Assembly (NCBI RefSeq): GCF_052425735.1
Contig: NC_135765.1
Span: 33,480,001 to 33,544,000 of the forward strand
Reading direction: 5' to 3'
Length of the DNA stretch: 64,000 nt
DNA from: Oculina patagonica
Lineage: Eukaryota
In this document: piece by piece, positions 24,601 through 36,230 of the stretch
Layout: each line of letters begins with the position of its first letter
Position numbering within the stretch: the stretch's first letter is position 1
The notes under the pieces: model-generated
The model's database searches: none
The model's input: the letters and a program-made list of their open reading frames with translations, nothing else
What the model was told of the DNA's origin: nothing
Translations under genes and position numbers: made by a program

Positions 24601-25322
24601 GCAACAGCACTGTCTATCTCGATAGAGTTAATAACGAATAAGTGCTTCATATTGAATTAACGTACATTGTACATCACGACAAGAAATTGACGGCCTTAAA
24701 TTTGGGTCTCTTTTTGGCTTTCAGCTCATTAAATGACTTAAGGACGGCAAATTAGAGAAGTGGAGTGAAAATACTTCACCATGCAGCTTATATTTGGTTA
24801 TTTGTGTGTCATCGTGATGAACAAAGGAATGAACGACAATCTTTATTGTGAACGAGAGTGATATATTGAAGCAGTTAAAATTAAACATCACGAAAACAGA
24901 TCAACAACAACTTTTCATTCGCAACTATAATATATAGAAGAGTTGAAGTGTAAAGTGAAACTGTCTTCTTCAATGGAAATCTATCTTATAAGTATTATCT
25001 TTTCTTTTCTACTTCAGATGAAATCAACGACAAAGAAGTCAAGAAGTCAAAAACGTGCTTGGTTGAGAAAAACCCTAAACGGAAGCGACGGAATCGAAGC
25101 CATTTCACCCAGCGTCAACTCCAATATCTAGAGAAGATATTTTCCCGCCAACAGTATCTCACACGCGACGAACGCACGCTATTGGCGAGGGGCCTGGAAA
25201 TGACTGAACTCCAGATCAGAAACTGGTTTCAAAACCAGAGATATCAAAGAAAACATCGCACCAATGAAGAAAAGAAACAGGAAACACCAGATTCTTCAGT
25301 TTGTGTGAAAAGCGAGGCTTAA
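21655..25322 (+). CDS. NK-like homeobox gene B, join(21655..21976,25018..25322), 208 aa
   Basis: FSIENILRDDF eh1; donor G|GTATG at 21977, acceptor TTCAG|AT at 25017, in frame; HD KRRNRSHFTQRQLQYLEKIFSRQQYLTRDERTLLARGLEMTELQIRNWFQNQRYQRKH. Confidence 0.9.
23681..23732 (+). promoter_or_regulatory. Conserved intronic NK/forkhead element, gene B copy
   Basis: TTTAAGTGTTTGTTTGGCTAAATAGCGGCCTTTGAGAACTCATTTATCC. Confidence 0.7.
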
Positions 25323-27149
25323 GTTCAGCGTGGACCAAATCCTGCTAAACTCCGACAATTGCTTGCCCTTCTAGCGAAACACATTCGACGAAAATACGCA
25401 CAATGTTTATTGACATTTACGAAAATGCAAGCAGTCATAACGCACTATGCTATTTATCAAAGCTTAGAAGATTTTCAAAGCCGGTTCTGCTTTCATCACG
25501 AACTGAAAATTGTGAAATACAGATATCATTTACGAATAGTAAAACTATAAATTATAACGGAGAAGTTATTTGTAGTGTTAATTTACTCATACGTTGGAAA
25601 GTTAATTTATTAAAAACGTGTACGTACATTAATTTGTTAATCTGAACAACTGACGCCAGCACTAATAGCTGGAAAACATTTGTAGTTGGACAGAAATTTT
25701 AATATAAAGGACGCAAAAAGGTGGAGGACTTCTACATCATCTATTGACATCTATGCTGGAAATACCAACATAGCTAGAAACTGCAAAACTATATAGCTTA
25801 TTTTATCTTCAGACTTGTATACAGTTGGAAAAATATTTTATTAAAGATTTGTATTAAACTGACATGCTGTGTACATTGATTGACGTTGGGAACACCTTTG
25901 TTCATTTTACCCTTTTAAAGGTTCGTCAATAACAGTAACTCGGATATTACAGCTAAAACATTCTTTCAGAATTTCCCAATCATTATTATAAAATGAACCC
26001 ATAAGGGACGACCTCTTCACAAAAGCAGAGTGAGATTATTAAAACCGCCCTATATAGCTAGCTACCAGAGACTAAAAGTTGCATAGATGTCAGTTTTTTA
26101 TTTAGGATATCTGAAGTATCAGGTTAGGCCATACATTCTTTGGCTTTAGACTTAAAAATTTAAACCTCAGTTAACATCTCTACTTTACACACTCATTTAC
26201 ATTTAAAGCTTACAGTAAATTTATACTGGTATGACACTGAAATATGAGTTCGTAATGAGGAGTAAGGGAGATGTTGTTCACTAACCATGCAGCAAATTCG
26301 CTGCATACATGAAAAGTTATTATTAAAATACATATTTTTAATAACAACATCGTTTTCGATTTATAATTTCCCTAAAAAAAAGCCACAAAAAGGAACTAAG
26401 TTTTTTTTCACGTCACATTTAAACTATTAAACTTTGGTGCAAATATGGCCGGCATATAAGACAGAAATTGTAACAGGGAGGCGAAGCAATAGCTGACTTA
26501 TAACTATCCAAACAATAATCAGGGTTAAATTTATTGGCTTAGTATTTTCAGTTGAACTTTTTGAAACAGAGGTGCAAAAGGGCCACTGTCAAGGGGATTT
26601 TAATGCTTTTCGCTAAGAAGTACTGAAATTGGCGAATAGGCCGTCTTCTCGTTCATGAAATGCACCCAGTACATCAAGATGGAGATATAAAGTAAATTGA
26701 TGTTGAAAGAAGAAGGGAGCCATAAATAAATAAATACTGAATAAATAAATAAAATATAAATAATATTCTAGCTCAAGTTCTTTTAATGAATAAAATTCCA
26801 CTTCTCGACACTTTCTCGCAGTTTTAAGAAACATACAGTAGCAACTTACACCTTGGAATATGTAGATACATACTTATAATACTATATGCTTATAATGAAA
26901 GTCGCGTTTAGCTACTCCGTACAGGTCTTTATCTTTAATTAAAGGTTAATTAAAAAAATGAAAAGCTCGCAAAGTTTGGAGTGGCACAAAAATACGAGGC
27001 CGGCCCTTGTTTTTAGATTGTATAAGTGATTGCATACTTGATCATACTTGTACTTGACGAGCAGTGTTCGACATTATGAATGGTCACCGGCAAGTTTTAT
27101 CAAAATTTATAACAATATGTTGAATACGCTCTCTTTTCTCCTAGAATTT

Positions 27150-27495
27150 ATTTTATAAGAATATCAAGGCTGAAATTTGCAAAATTTTAAGAATACTTTA
27201 AGAATACACCTGAGGCTGAGATTTTGAATAGAATAGAATATTTTGTGTGCTGAAAATTTGTAAATACAATACAATTATATGTTCGAGTAAACCGTATAAA
27301 ATTCTTCCATTCTCTAAACGACAAAACTAGCCAGTAAAGATCAGTAAAACGATAGAAACCTGCCCTGGCTAAATGTTCGTCGCTAGTACGGTACAATTCA
27401 TCTCAGAGTATTCACAAGAATATTTTCAGCCTAGCATCGGCAGAAAAATAAGAATATTCAGCCTGAGCCGGAAAAACAATATTCTTATAGAAAAC
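27150..27495. mobile_element. Foldback/MITE-like element
   Basis: Inverted TATAAGAATAT / ATATTCTTATA and AGGCTGAAAT / ATTTTCAGCCT; boundaries approximate. Confidence 0.55.
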
Positions 27496-27854
27496 CACGT
27501 GTGCAAGGCTATTTTGAAAATTTCAACACCGCACAATTCTTTATTGCTATCGATAACATCTGGACACCGTTTGTCTCTCTTGTCCTCTCTTTGCAGGTTA
27601 ATTGAGACTAAAAAGAGTGTCGTTCAGTATTCGTTCGCAGTAGTTCTCGAAAATATAGTAAATAGCAAAGGAAATATTATAATAACATTGCTACCTGTAC
27701 ATGTTTTGGGCGTCGTAGCGTGAAAATTAAACACTAATAAGTTCAAACAACAAGATTAAAATACGGTCTCAGAAAAACAGGAGACTACTACGGCTCTGTT
27801 GCTGTATTTCCAGAAGTTTCGAGGATTGAAATAATTCCTTACGTATTGTTTTAG

Positions 27855-28130
27855 CGACTAAAGTTAAGGATACAAGGCATAAAGGCAAAGTGTACTTAGA
27901 GTCGAGTGCAATGAACTGATAGCGGCGAAATTGATGTCAATTTACCCAGCGTCAACTCCGATATCTAGACGAAGATATTTTCCCGCCAACAGTAGTTTAC
28001 ACGCGAACACCGCACGCACCCGACGCGGGGATTGGATATGACTGAATTTCAATACCCAAGGAGCTTGTTTTAGAATAGGACATACCAGAAATGTCACCGG
28101 GTGAACGAAGACCAAAAATAAGTCAGATAA
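27855..28130 (+). pseudogene. psi2: decayed homeobox exon
   Basis: TTTACCCAGCGTCAACTCCGATATCTAGACGAAGATATTTTCCCGCCAACAGTAG matches the B/C homeobox. It has a 1-nt insertion, TAG stops at the Y25 and Q50 positions and W48 changed to L; acceptor TTTTAG at 27854. Confidence 0.9.
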
Positions 28131-29279
28131 ACAGGATTTTCCCTTCAGCGTGCAGAAATCGATCAGAGTCAATGAGATATGTGACTTAACATAGTTGAGG
28201 TTTCCGTTTTTGATATACGATCGCCTGGACTATGTCAGCCTAACTGTTTATACCACTTCTAACGCTTTTTTCAAGACGTTTAACTGCCAGGAATTTTCTC
28301 TTTGAAATTAAGTTAATATCTAAGTACTGTCGTTCTCTTTGAAGTCTTGAAAATATCCAAAACATGTGTATTTAAGTATATTTAAGATAACACTCTCGGA
28401 CGCCATCTTGCGTGCGCAAAGATAAACTTCACAAGTGCGTGAAAGTTCTCGCTGATAGACAATCTTATCAATTTATAATTGGCTTTTGATTATTCAATCT
28501 ATTGACTATCATCGATATAAGAAGGAATGCAAGACAACAGATAACAGATGTATTTTTAATCGATATACTGTACTTGACAATTTGAGTCAACAATAAACTG
28601 AAGGTGGAACCGAGAATCCCCACTCCCCCCTCCCTTTCGACTCAGTGTGTCTTTCATTACCTCGGACGTAATGTGGGTGACAAATTAATAGGTAAGAAGA
28701 CTTTAAACACGGCTTGCAGTCCCTCTAAGTGTAAGAGAAAGTGCGAGAAAGTTCGTGTTATCCACTGATAAAAAATAGTAGTCGAAGCAAAACAACACGA
28801 TATTTGTTAAAGCAAAAAGCCGCTCGACTCTGTCATCAAAGCAAGAAAAAAAGCCTTAAATTCATTTGTACGCAATTCTTACGCATACTTTTATCAGACA
28901 ATACCAATACAGTGGCTTCATCTACTACAATTTAGCTCTTCGACAAAACAGGTAAAATGTATGCTTTCTTTAGCGTTTTTACTTTTGTTGTTGTCTGTGG
29001 CGAGCACTGGTGATGACATCGGCATAAAGGTCTTTAACTAACTAAACACTTGGATCAAAAAACCAATGTGGCGCCGACTGGATGGGAAGTAATAAGTTTG
29101 TAGTCCACCTTCATCGTAAACATAAGCTTCTAGAGGAATTTTAAAAACGCTTTTGCCCGATAAACAAACCTCGGTAGCGAGTCACGTCTTCAAGCAGGGG
29201 TTTCTGCATCTTTTCCTGTTTATTCAATAGTTTCATAAATGTATACGTGCCTCTTTCTTCATTTGCATGAAAAAAATTG

Positions 29280-31030
29280 CGTGACTCAGCTGCCATTGGG
29301 AAAACCAAACCGGTATGAATTGTATGACACGTGGGATGGCAATGACGTCATACAGATTATCTAATTGAAACCCCTTCCGCGCTACACTATTGTTTATAAT
29401 ATGCCTTCTCCAACATTGTTTCGTGTAGCCAGATCCACAAAAGATATTTCCTTCAATCGTTTGGGCGGAAATTACCATAAGCACACGCCAAATTCTACAG
29501 AATATACCTTACTTCCTCGATTTCCAAGTTTCTTTTTAAACAAAGGGCGTTTAATCCGGGGGTGTGACAAAGGCAAAACTTTTCTTTGTTGTGGTAAATT
29601 TTCTGTTACCAAAAATATTAATGCGGTTAGCATTACATGGTCATGACATTGTGGTTACCACTTTGTATATTTTAGCCATAGTCAACATTCATTGTCATCT
29701 TACTGAATGTTGACAACACTTGTTAGGATGCGGTGTAGCACTCCTGATTTCGAGGCGGGGCGCTAAAATCGGGAGTGAGTGCTAATCCAAAGTCCTCGTG
29801 GCATTAAAGATAGGAATTGCAAAAGAGCATTTGGCTTCCTTCCAAAATATTTGCCAAACTTTGATATCAAGTCAAGTTACGTTTTTACCATTTCAATCAT
29901 TAATAAAAGTCAAATACAAAAGATGTTTCCTTCAATGTAGATGTAGATATTGGAAACCTTTGAGGTTATGCAGCAAACAGAACGCACAACGTTTAGAGCG
30001 CCTGCAAAACCAAGCAATGCGAATAATATTGCATGCTGACCGTAAGACATGTACTCAGGAGATGCGCATCAAATTACAGCTATTATCACTTCACAGTAGA
30101 CGTCTTTTCATCAAGCTACAATATGTTTACAAGATAATTAACAACATTAACTGCCCTAAGCAGTTGACAGGTTATTTAATGAAACGATCGCAGAGACATT
30201 GTCGATCTTTTAGAGATCCAACACTTTTAGATCTACCACAAATTAATACCAAATGTGGACAGACTTCGTTTAGGTTTTCGGCTGCGAGTGCCTGGAACAA
30301 ACTGCCAAGAGAGATTCGCGAGCTCGCAACACTTACACAATTTAAAGGCAAAACATACAGTCATCTCATGAACATGGACAGTGCAAATCACACGTGTACA
30401 ATTTAAATTTTAATTTTTGTATATATATTCACAGTTTTTTAGATTTGTAATTTTAAATTTTATGCTAGTAATTTTTTATGCTTTTAAATTTAATGCTTTG
30501 TAAATTTTATGCTTTTATACTGGTCACCGATTGATACCAGTCAATCTCCTTGATTGACTGACCGGTTTTCCAGGATAAATAAAGTTATTATTATTATTAA
30601 TAAAACGTAGGTAATATAAAGAACATACTTCTAATAAATTTGCTTGCAATTTGCTTATGAGGAGTAGTAGCTTCGTTATAGCTTAAAAACATAAAGAGAT
30701 AAGGTGTAGCAAAGAGCGTCAACTAAAAAAAATGTATGCTCTTCAAAGAGACCACTTACAATTGAATCGTTTTAAAGTGTGTAAGTACATTTTACATCAG
30801 TATGTCTACCCTATAAGTACACACCAACTTGTTGTATTTATTTGAGCTTTGGATCCCAGTACGGCATTGAAAAATGGAGCTTATTTCTTACTGAATAACA
30901 AGACAAAAACTTGCAACGTTTTTCTAAAATACGCAAACAATGAAATTCCAAAGGAAACCCACGGATGAATTCTACATTTCCGCAAAACATAAATATGCAG
31001 ACAGCCAACGGACAACTGGAATGAAATCAA
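29280..31030 (+). pseudogene. psi3: decayed promoter, 5'UTR and exon 1 of an A-like paralog, split by an insertion of about 1 kb
   Basis: CGTGGGA..AATGACGTCA as in the A promoter; ATTCATTGTCATCTTACTGAATG vs A ATTCACTGTCGCCGTTATTGAAATG; after the LINE, TTTGAGCTTTGGATCCCAGTACGGCA vs A TTTGAACGATGGCCAAATACAGCA and ATGGAGCTTATTTC vs ATGCAGCTCATTTC, all collinear. Confidence 0.55.
29798..30600 (+). mobile_element. 5'-truncated CR1/L2-group LINE 3' end
   Basis: RLERLQNQAMRIIL, LLSLHSRR, YKIIN, SFRFSAASAWNKLP; AATAAAG followed by a (TTA)n tail. Confidence 0.85.
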
Positions 31031-32554
31031 CCAATCACATGCATCCCACGCACGTGACAGCTTGACTTGACAGCTGAAATGATTGACAGCAATGTAAAAT
31101 AAAACTGATGGTTAAATTTTGAATTAAGGGATCGCGTGTTTTTGAAACGTTCTGCAATTAAGTTATATTGTTTGTTTTTGTTAAAAAGAACATTCGTCTC
31201 ATTCAAGTAATTGTAATCATGAATCATCTTTACTATATCATCACTGTAAGAATCTACCGCCAAAAAGATGGAGAGTGCTTCAAGCACGAAATCCTGATTT
31301 TCAAATCCATGTACAACTTAATTTTCCTTTATACACCGCAAACGTCTAAAAAACTTACATAAATAGATGTTTGTTTGACGACATCCTTTTTTATTCTTTC
31401 CCTGGTTCTATGGGTTCTACAATGTTTGGTATTAATATTACATACTATTCGCATGCCCTGATAATTTTGCAGTCTCTTGGTAATAACACTTTTTTGTCCT
31501 GTTTTTCTTTTCCAAAAGAAATCAGCGAAGCCCCCGCAGACAGAACGACGTACTGATTATACTTTATAAATAAAGTTCATTTATTTATAAAATATGGTTG
31601 GTTGGTTGATGCATACTGGTTTGAAATAAATATGGGAGCTTAATTTCAAGCAGACGAACGCACAACATATTAAACTATCGCCAATGAGTCAAAATACAAT
31701 CTTCTATTTTTCCAAATATATTTTTTTATTATTCGACTGTAATGATTAATCACAACTACGATAAAGTTACGCTTTATTTATTAGAACTTCTTTGTATATA
31801 CACTTTGATTTAAATTTGTGATATAATAAAAGACTTTGACGCATGGAAGAAGCATCTTTGTAATGTACAAAATTATCTTTGGACTTCAAAATAATGATTT
31901 AATAATAATATAATATATTTTTTTAAATTAATACTACCGTTATTTTTTAGTACTTTTGTCATCTATTTATGGTAAATATAACTTTTTAGTCAATGATCCT
32001 GAAACTTAGTTTATAACATCCTTATCTAAAAATCGCTTAAGACAGAGTTTAACTCTAGTTTAACTAAAAACAGCCTTCAAACAGCTATACTTCGCTGTAA
32101 GCGGCGCAACAGGGTAGAAAAATAAACGTCAACCCCTTTTGTATGGTATTATATTCAACAACTTCAAAACTAGGAAATACAGAACACATTTTGTGTTAAT
32201 CTGTTGAGAAATCAGTTGAGTTTTAATTTGTATACTTTTAAACTCTTTTACGGCATACAGTAAAGTTTACTGTTAATCAACTGATCTTGTCCAGTTTAAA
32301 CTTTCCTCGAACTGGCAATTTATTCAGAGAATGACACAATCCCGTTAACAACAGAACGATACTTAATCAGGTAGTTTACTATATACAGTATAAACACCAG
32401 CCGTCAGATAGCTTTCCCATTAAAAAATTTAACTATAAATAGAGCATAAATATTATCTTTTTAACTCGTTTCAGCGCGTTCTTTAAGATGTAATTTATCA
32501 ATGTACTTTTTGAGGTAGCTTTTGTTCTCATCTCCAGGTATTTTTGTTTCCTTC

Positions 32555-35345
32555 TCATATCGCCACTGACGTAACCGGTTCATCTTGTTTCTTTTCTTCG
32601 TTGACACGATGTCTTCTCTGGTATCTCCTGTTTTGAAACCAGTTCCTGATCTGGAGTTCAGTCATGTCCAGGCCCCTCGCCAATAGCGTGCGTTCGTCGC
32701 GTGTGAGATACTGTTGGCGGGAAAATATCTTGTCCAGATATTGGAGTTGACGCTGGGTGAAATGGCTGCGATTTCGTCTTTTCCGTTTGGGGCCATTTTC
32801 ACTGAAGCACTTCACAGACTTCGATTCCTTCTTGCAGTCCTTGTCGCTAACGCCATCTAAAGAAATTGAGATTTAAAAAAATCATTAATCAGTTTCTATA
32901 CTGAGAGCAAGTGAATGAGCTTTCAGGCAAAACGACAGACTTAATGCATTTGTTGTCGTGCTGACCGAGTTAACCTGTTTCAATATTAAACACTCATTTT
33001 AAATAGAGTAGATCTTTTGCATAAATGACGCGCTTCAATTCCATATCATGATAGCTATCTTGCAAGCCGCATAAGGGCCATATTAGAGCCCATGTTAACA
33101 GACCCTATTTAATACACTTGACATATCTACACGCAAAAACGGAATCACGTCCCTTACATTTAAGGTTTTCTTGTTGTTTGGTTGATGTAGTTAAAGATGA
33201 ATCTTTCATTTTGAGTTGTAATAACATGATAAAAAACGAAATGTCTTTATACTATGTAAAAAAGACTAAATACAACTCAAAAACACGTCAACTTGTTTTT
33301 CAACATTATATTCTATTGTCTAAGTGTACAAGTTAAATTTGGAACCTGTTTATCTTGACGATTATCTAAAGTGAATAACAGAATGTTCGGATGCTTTTCA
33401 ATATTAACAGCTTGACCTCTCTCTATTTAATTTCAATTTTGTTTTTTGTCATAATAACTAAGTCAGACATTTGGTTAAAAGAAAATCTTAATCGTATTTT
33501 CGTTTACGTTTCGTTTACTTTCCAAACATGCCTACCTGCATGATGTTATGGATTTTACGAACGCACGTTTTACAAGTATATTAATTATAAATGAATTAAT
33601 GCATAGATAAGCTAAAACCCGCTGAATGAATTCTTGAAAGCCACTATTTAACCAAACAAACACTCAAGCCTCTTTTAAACCAAGCGGATATACATAATGA
33701 AAGATCTCCACGCTTAAATTATTTTTACCGCCAAAACGTCACACGCATACACACACCCATGTAAACAATGGCTAACAATGCTATAACTTCACCACCATTA
33801 ATAGCTCAATTGATTGTTGCCCATTAGTTTTTAAGTCGTGGTAAAGGAAGAACCTATTCCGGTTTGACTGTAGTCAGTGGATTGCATGTGAAGGCAACTT
33901 CTCGACCAATGAGAAATCAATATTACTGCAGACGAATACTGGTTTATTGTTCAGCGAGTCACGGTATTTTTGAAGATATTGTAAGGCGGACATCTGGTGT
34001 CGCCAGCCGTTTTTAAGCCCGTCACACCCCGGTATTAAAAACAACTGAACCATGCACGAAACAAAACTATGTTACAAAACTGACGCTGAATATTGGATAG
34101 AAAAATTGACCAAGAGATGTTATGTTTGGGTAAAGGCAGCGTGGAACAAAAAACGCTTATAATCCTTTCATTTTCATGCATTTAACGAAAAAATAAACAT
34201 GAACTGGATAACAAAGAACTAATGACTAAAAGCAAACAAATTTTACTTTCTTCGGCTAAAAGGAAAATGCCTTTTAAAGATAAAATGCGGAAAATGTTGG
34301 CCATCGGGCTCGGAAATTTAGATTTGGTTGTCTTAACAATATCTTCTTTGTATCAACTTTACAACTTTACGAAACATTGCAAACTTATCACGTAGAATCA
34401 GCAAATATATTGAAATCAAAATGGAAAAAATGTATCTTTTATTCTACAGACTACACTGAATTATAAAGAAAACAGGCCTGTCTGTTTTTAGCGCCAAAAC
34501 ATTTCTCAGTTTCCTTTAAGAACAAGTATTGAACAGCCACAGCACAAAAACAACTTTTGTCCACTAATAGTCTTCCGCTGCGGACATTTTCAATATTACA
34601 TTTTAGACCTTTCGAAACTCTCTTGAAAAGTGAAATTTCTTACGTACACTTAATAAAATATATTCTCGATAAAAAGCATGTACGCTTCAGCACTAGGGCA
34701 AGAAGAAAACGAAATGGGTTTTCCCTTTATCCGGTTGACCTTTCTCTAATCGGCACTCTTGAACAAAATTCAATTACGTTTGACTATGTTTTCAAATAAA
34801 CAAGCCACGGGGTACGAACGGCGTATATACTAAATTACATGTTTTTCTTTACTCTATTTTCATGGCCAAGATTTATTGCCAAGCTAGATAAAAAAGCTTT
34901 TCTATCCAACAAAGATTTTATACCGCAGTAAAAAAAAAATCCAGTGTTCCAAAATATGCTATTTAAACTTAAGATGTATTGGAGTTTTAAAACACTAAAA
35001 ATTCTTACCATTTTCGTTCTGAATGACTTCATCTTTGCATCGACCTAAGCTGTCTTCGACAGTTGTTTTCGTCTGCTCTCTGAAAAACTGTTCTTTATCT
35101 CCACTTGGTCTATGCAGTCTTCCTTCAACTCTATGCATATTGGGGGAACACTTCATATAAACGGGAGTGTAACGAACTGCACAACATTGGTAAAGTGCTG
35201 AATTTGCCGGCCATCGTTCAAAGCCTGTCTCGTCGCAGGCATTGGGAAGATTTACAAAGTTTGTTCTTCTCCGGTGGGCAAAATCGTCTCGCAAAATATT
35301 TTCAATCGAGAAGGAGAGATTAACTTTCTGTCCGTGAAAATCCAT
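32555..35345 (-). CDS. NK-like homeobox gene C, complement(join(32555..32856,35009..35345)), 212 aa
   Basis: MDFHGQKVNLSFSIENILRDDF; donor G|GTAAG, acceptor TTTAG|AT, in frame; HD ...YLDKIFSRQQYLTRDERTLLARGLDMTELQIRNWFQNRRYQRRH. Confidence 0.92.
33620..33668 (-). promoter_or_regulatory. Conserved intronic NK/forkhead element, gene C copy
   Basis: Minus strand CTTGAGTGTTTGTTTGGTTAAATAGTGGCTTTCAAGAATTCATT. Confidence 0.7.
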
Positions 35346-36171
35346 TTGGATAATAGCAGTTGTGACCTTACGATATTCAACCTGTGATCAAAGTGAAATT
35401 GGTTTCGTTAAATACACAAGTTTTGTAGTCATGAGTATTTAAAGTAACCGCCCCCTTAAGCTGCCGGGAAATGTGTGTAAAGTGTTCGGCTATTTTTGGA
35501 ACAGAGATATATTGTCTACTCATCGGTCAAAGAACATCGGTGAAGTTTGAAAAATAACACTGTTACCAATCGAGGTACACGAAAATTTGGAGCAACTTTT
35601 GTTGCAAAGATGAAAGTTTATGCTAGCGACGCTAGGGCTGGGCGGGTGTCCCTTCATCCGCTGGTTTCTTGGCCGACAAAACGGATTAACTCATATTGTA
35701 TTGTTTTCTTTAGCATTAAAGTTGTTTCCGTGATTTTCTGTTATGTACTTACAAGAGTTCAAAGTGAAGAGACCACAAACAGAATATACCAAGAATGCGT
35801 TTCCTTGACATTCTAGTTTGCAGTCACGAAAACTGAAGTTTACGTTTTGCGAAGAATTTTCGCTTAAGATCGTTTTTCCCCTGCTGTTAGCTTTTTTCTT
35901 CTGTTGTTCAAAAAAATTCAACTTATGCTAAGCCGTATTGTGGTATGTTTTAGAGATTACCACCCAACTAGGCAGACTATAACTTCATATTTGCCGGGAG
36001 TGAATGCGCTTAGTTTATAGTGGATAATTCAGATCTCAGAGACCAAACCCATATCGTGTTTCTTCTCTTGTCCAATCTGCCGAAAAACAAGCATTTTAAA
36101 CTTTTAACGCTATAATCAATCTGTCAACAATTTAAAAGTCGTTTTAACCCTTTAATGAACATGCAGAATTT

Positions 36172-36230
36172 CATGTACTTCCGGTATTAAACCTAAAAAT
36201 GCAATTAAAACCAAGAATATCGCTTTATTT
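36172..36230 (-). promoter_or_regulatory. Upstream ETS element of gene C (CRE absent)
   Basis: Minus strand AAAGCGATATTCTTGGT...ACCGGAAGTAC vs B AAAGCGATATTTTTGGT...ACCGGAAGTAC. Confidence 0.55.

Noticed and set aside
31215-31270. Possible exon-2 remnant of psi3 (CCGCCAAAA)
   Set aside because: Only short matches and implausibly close to the exon-1 remnant.
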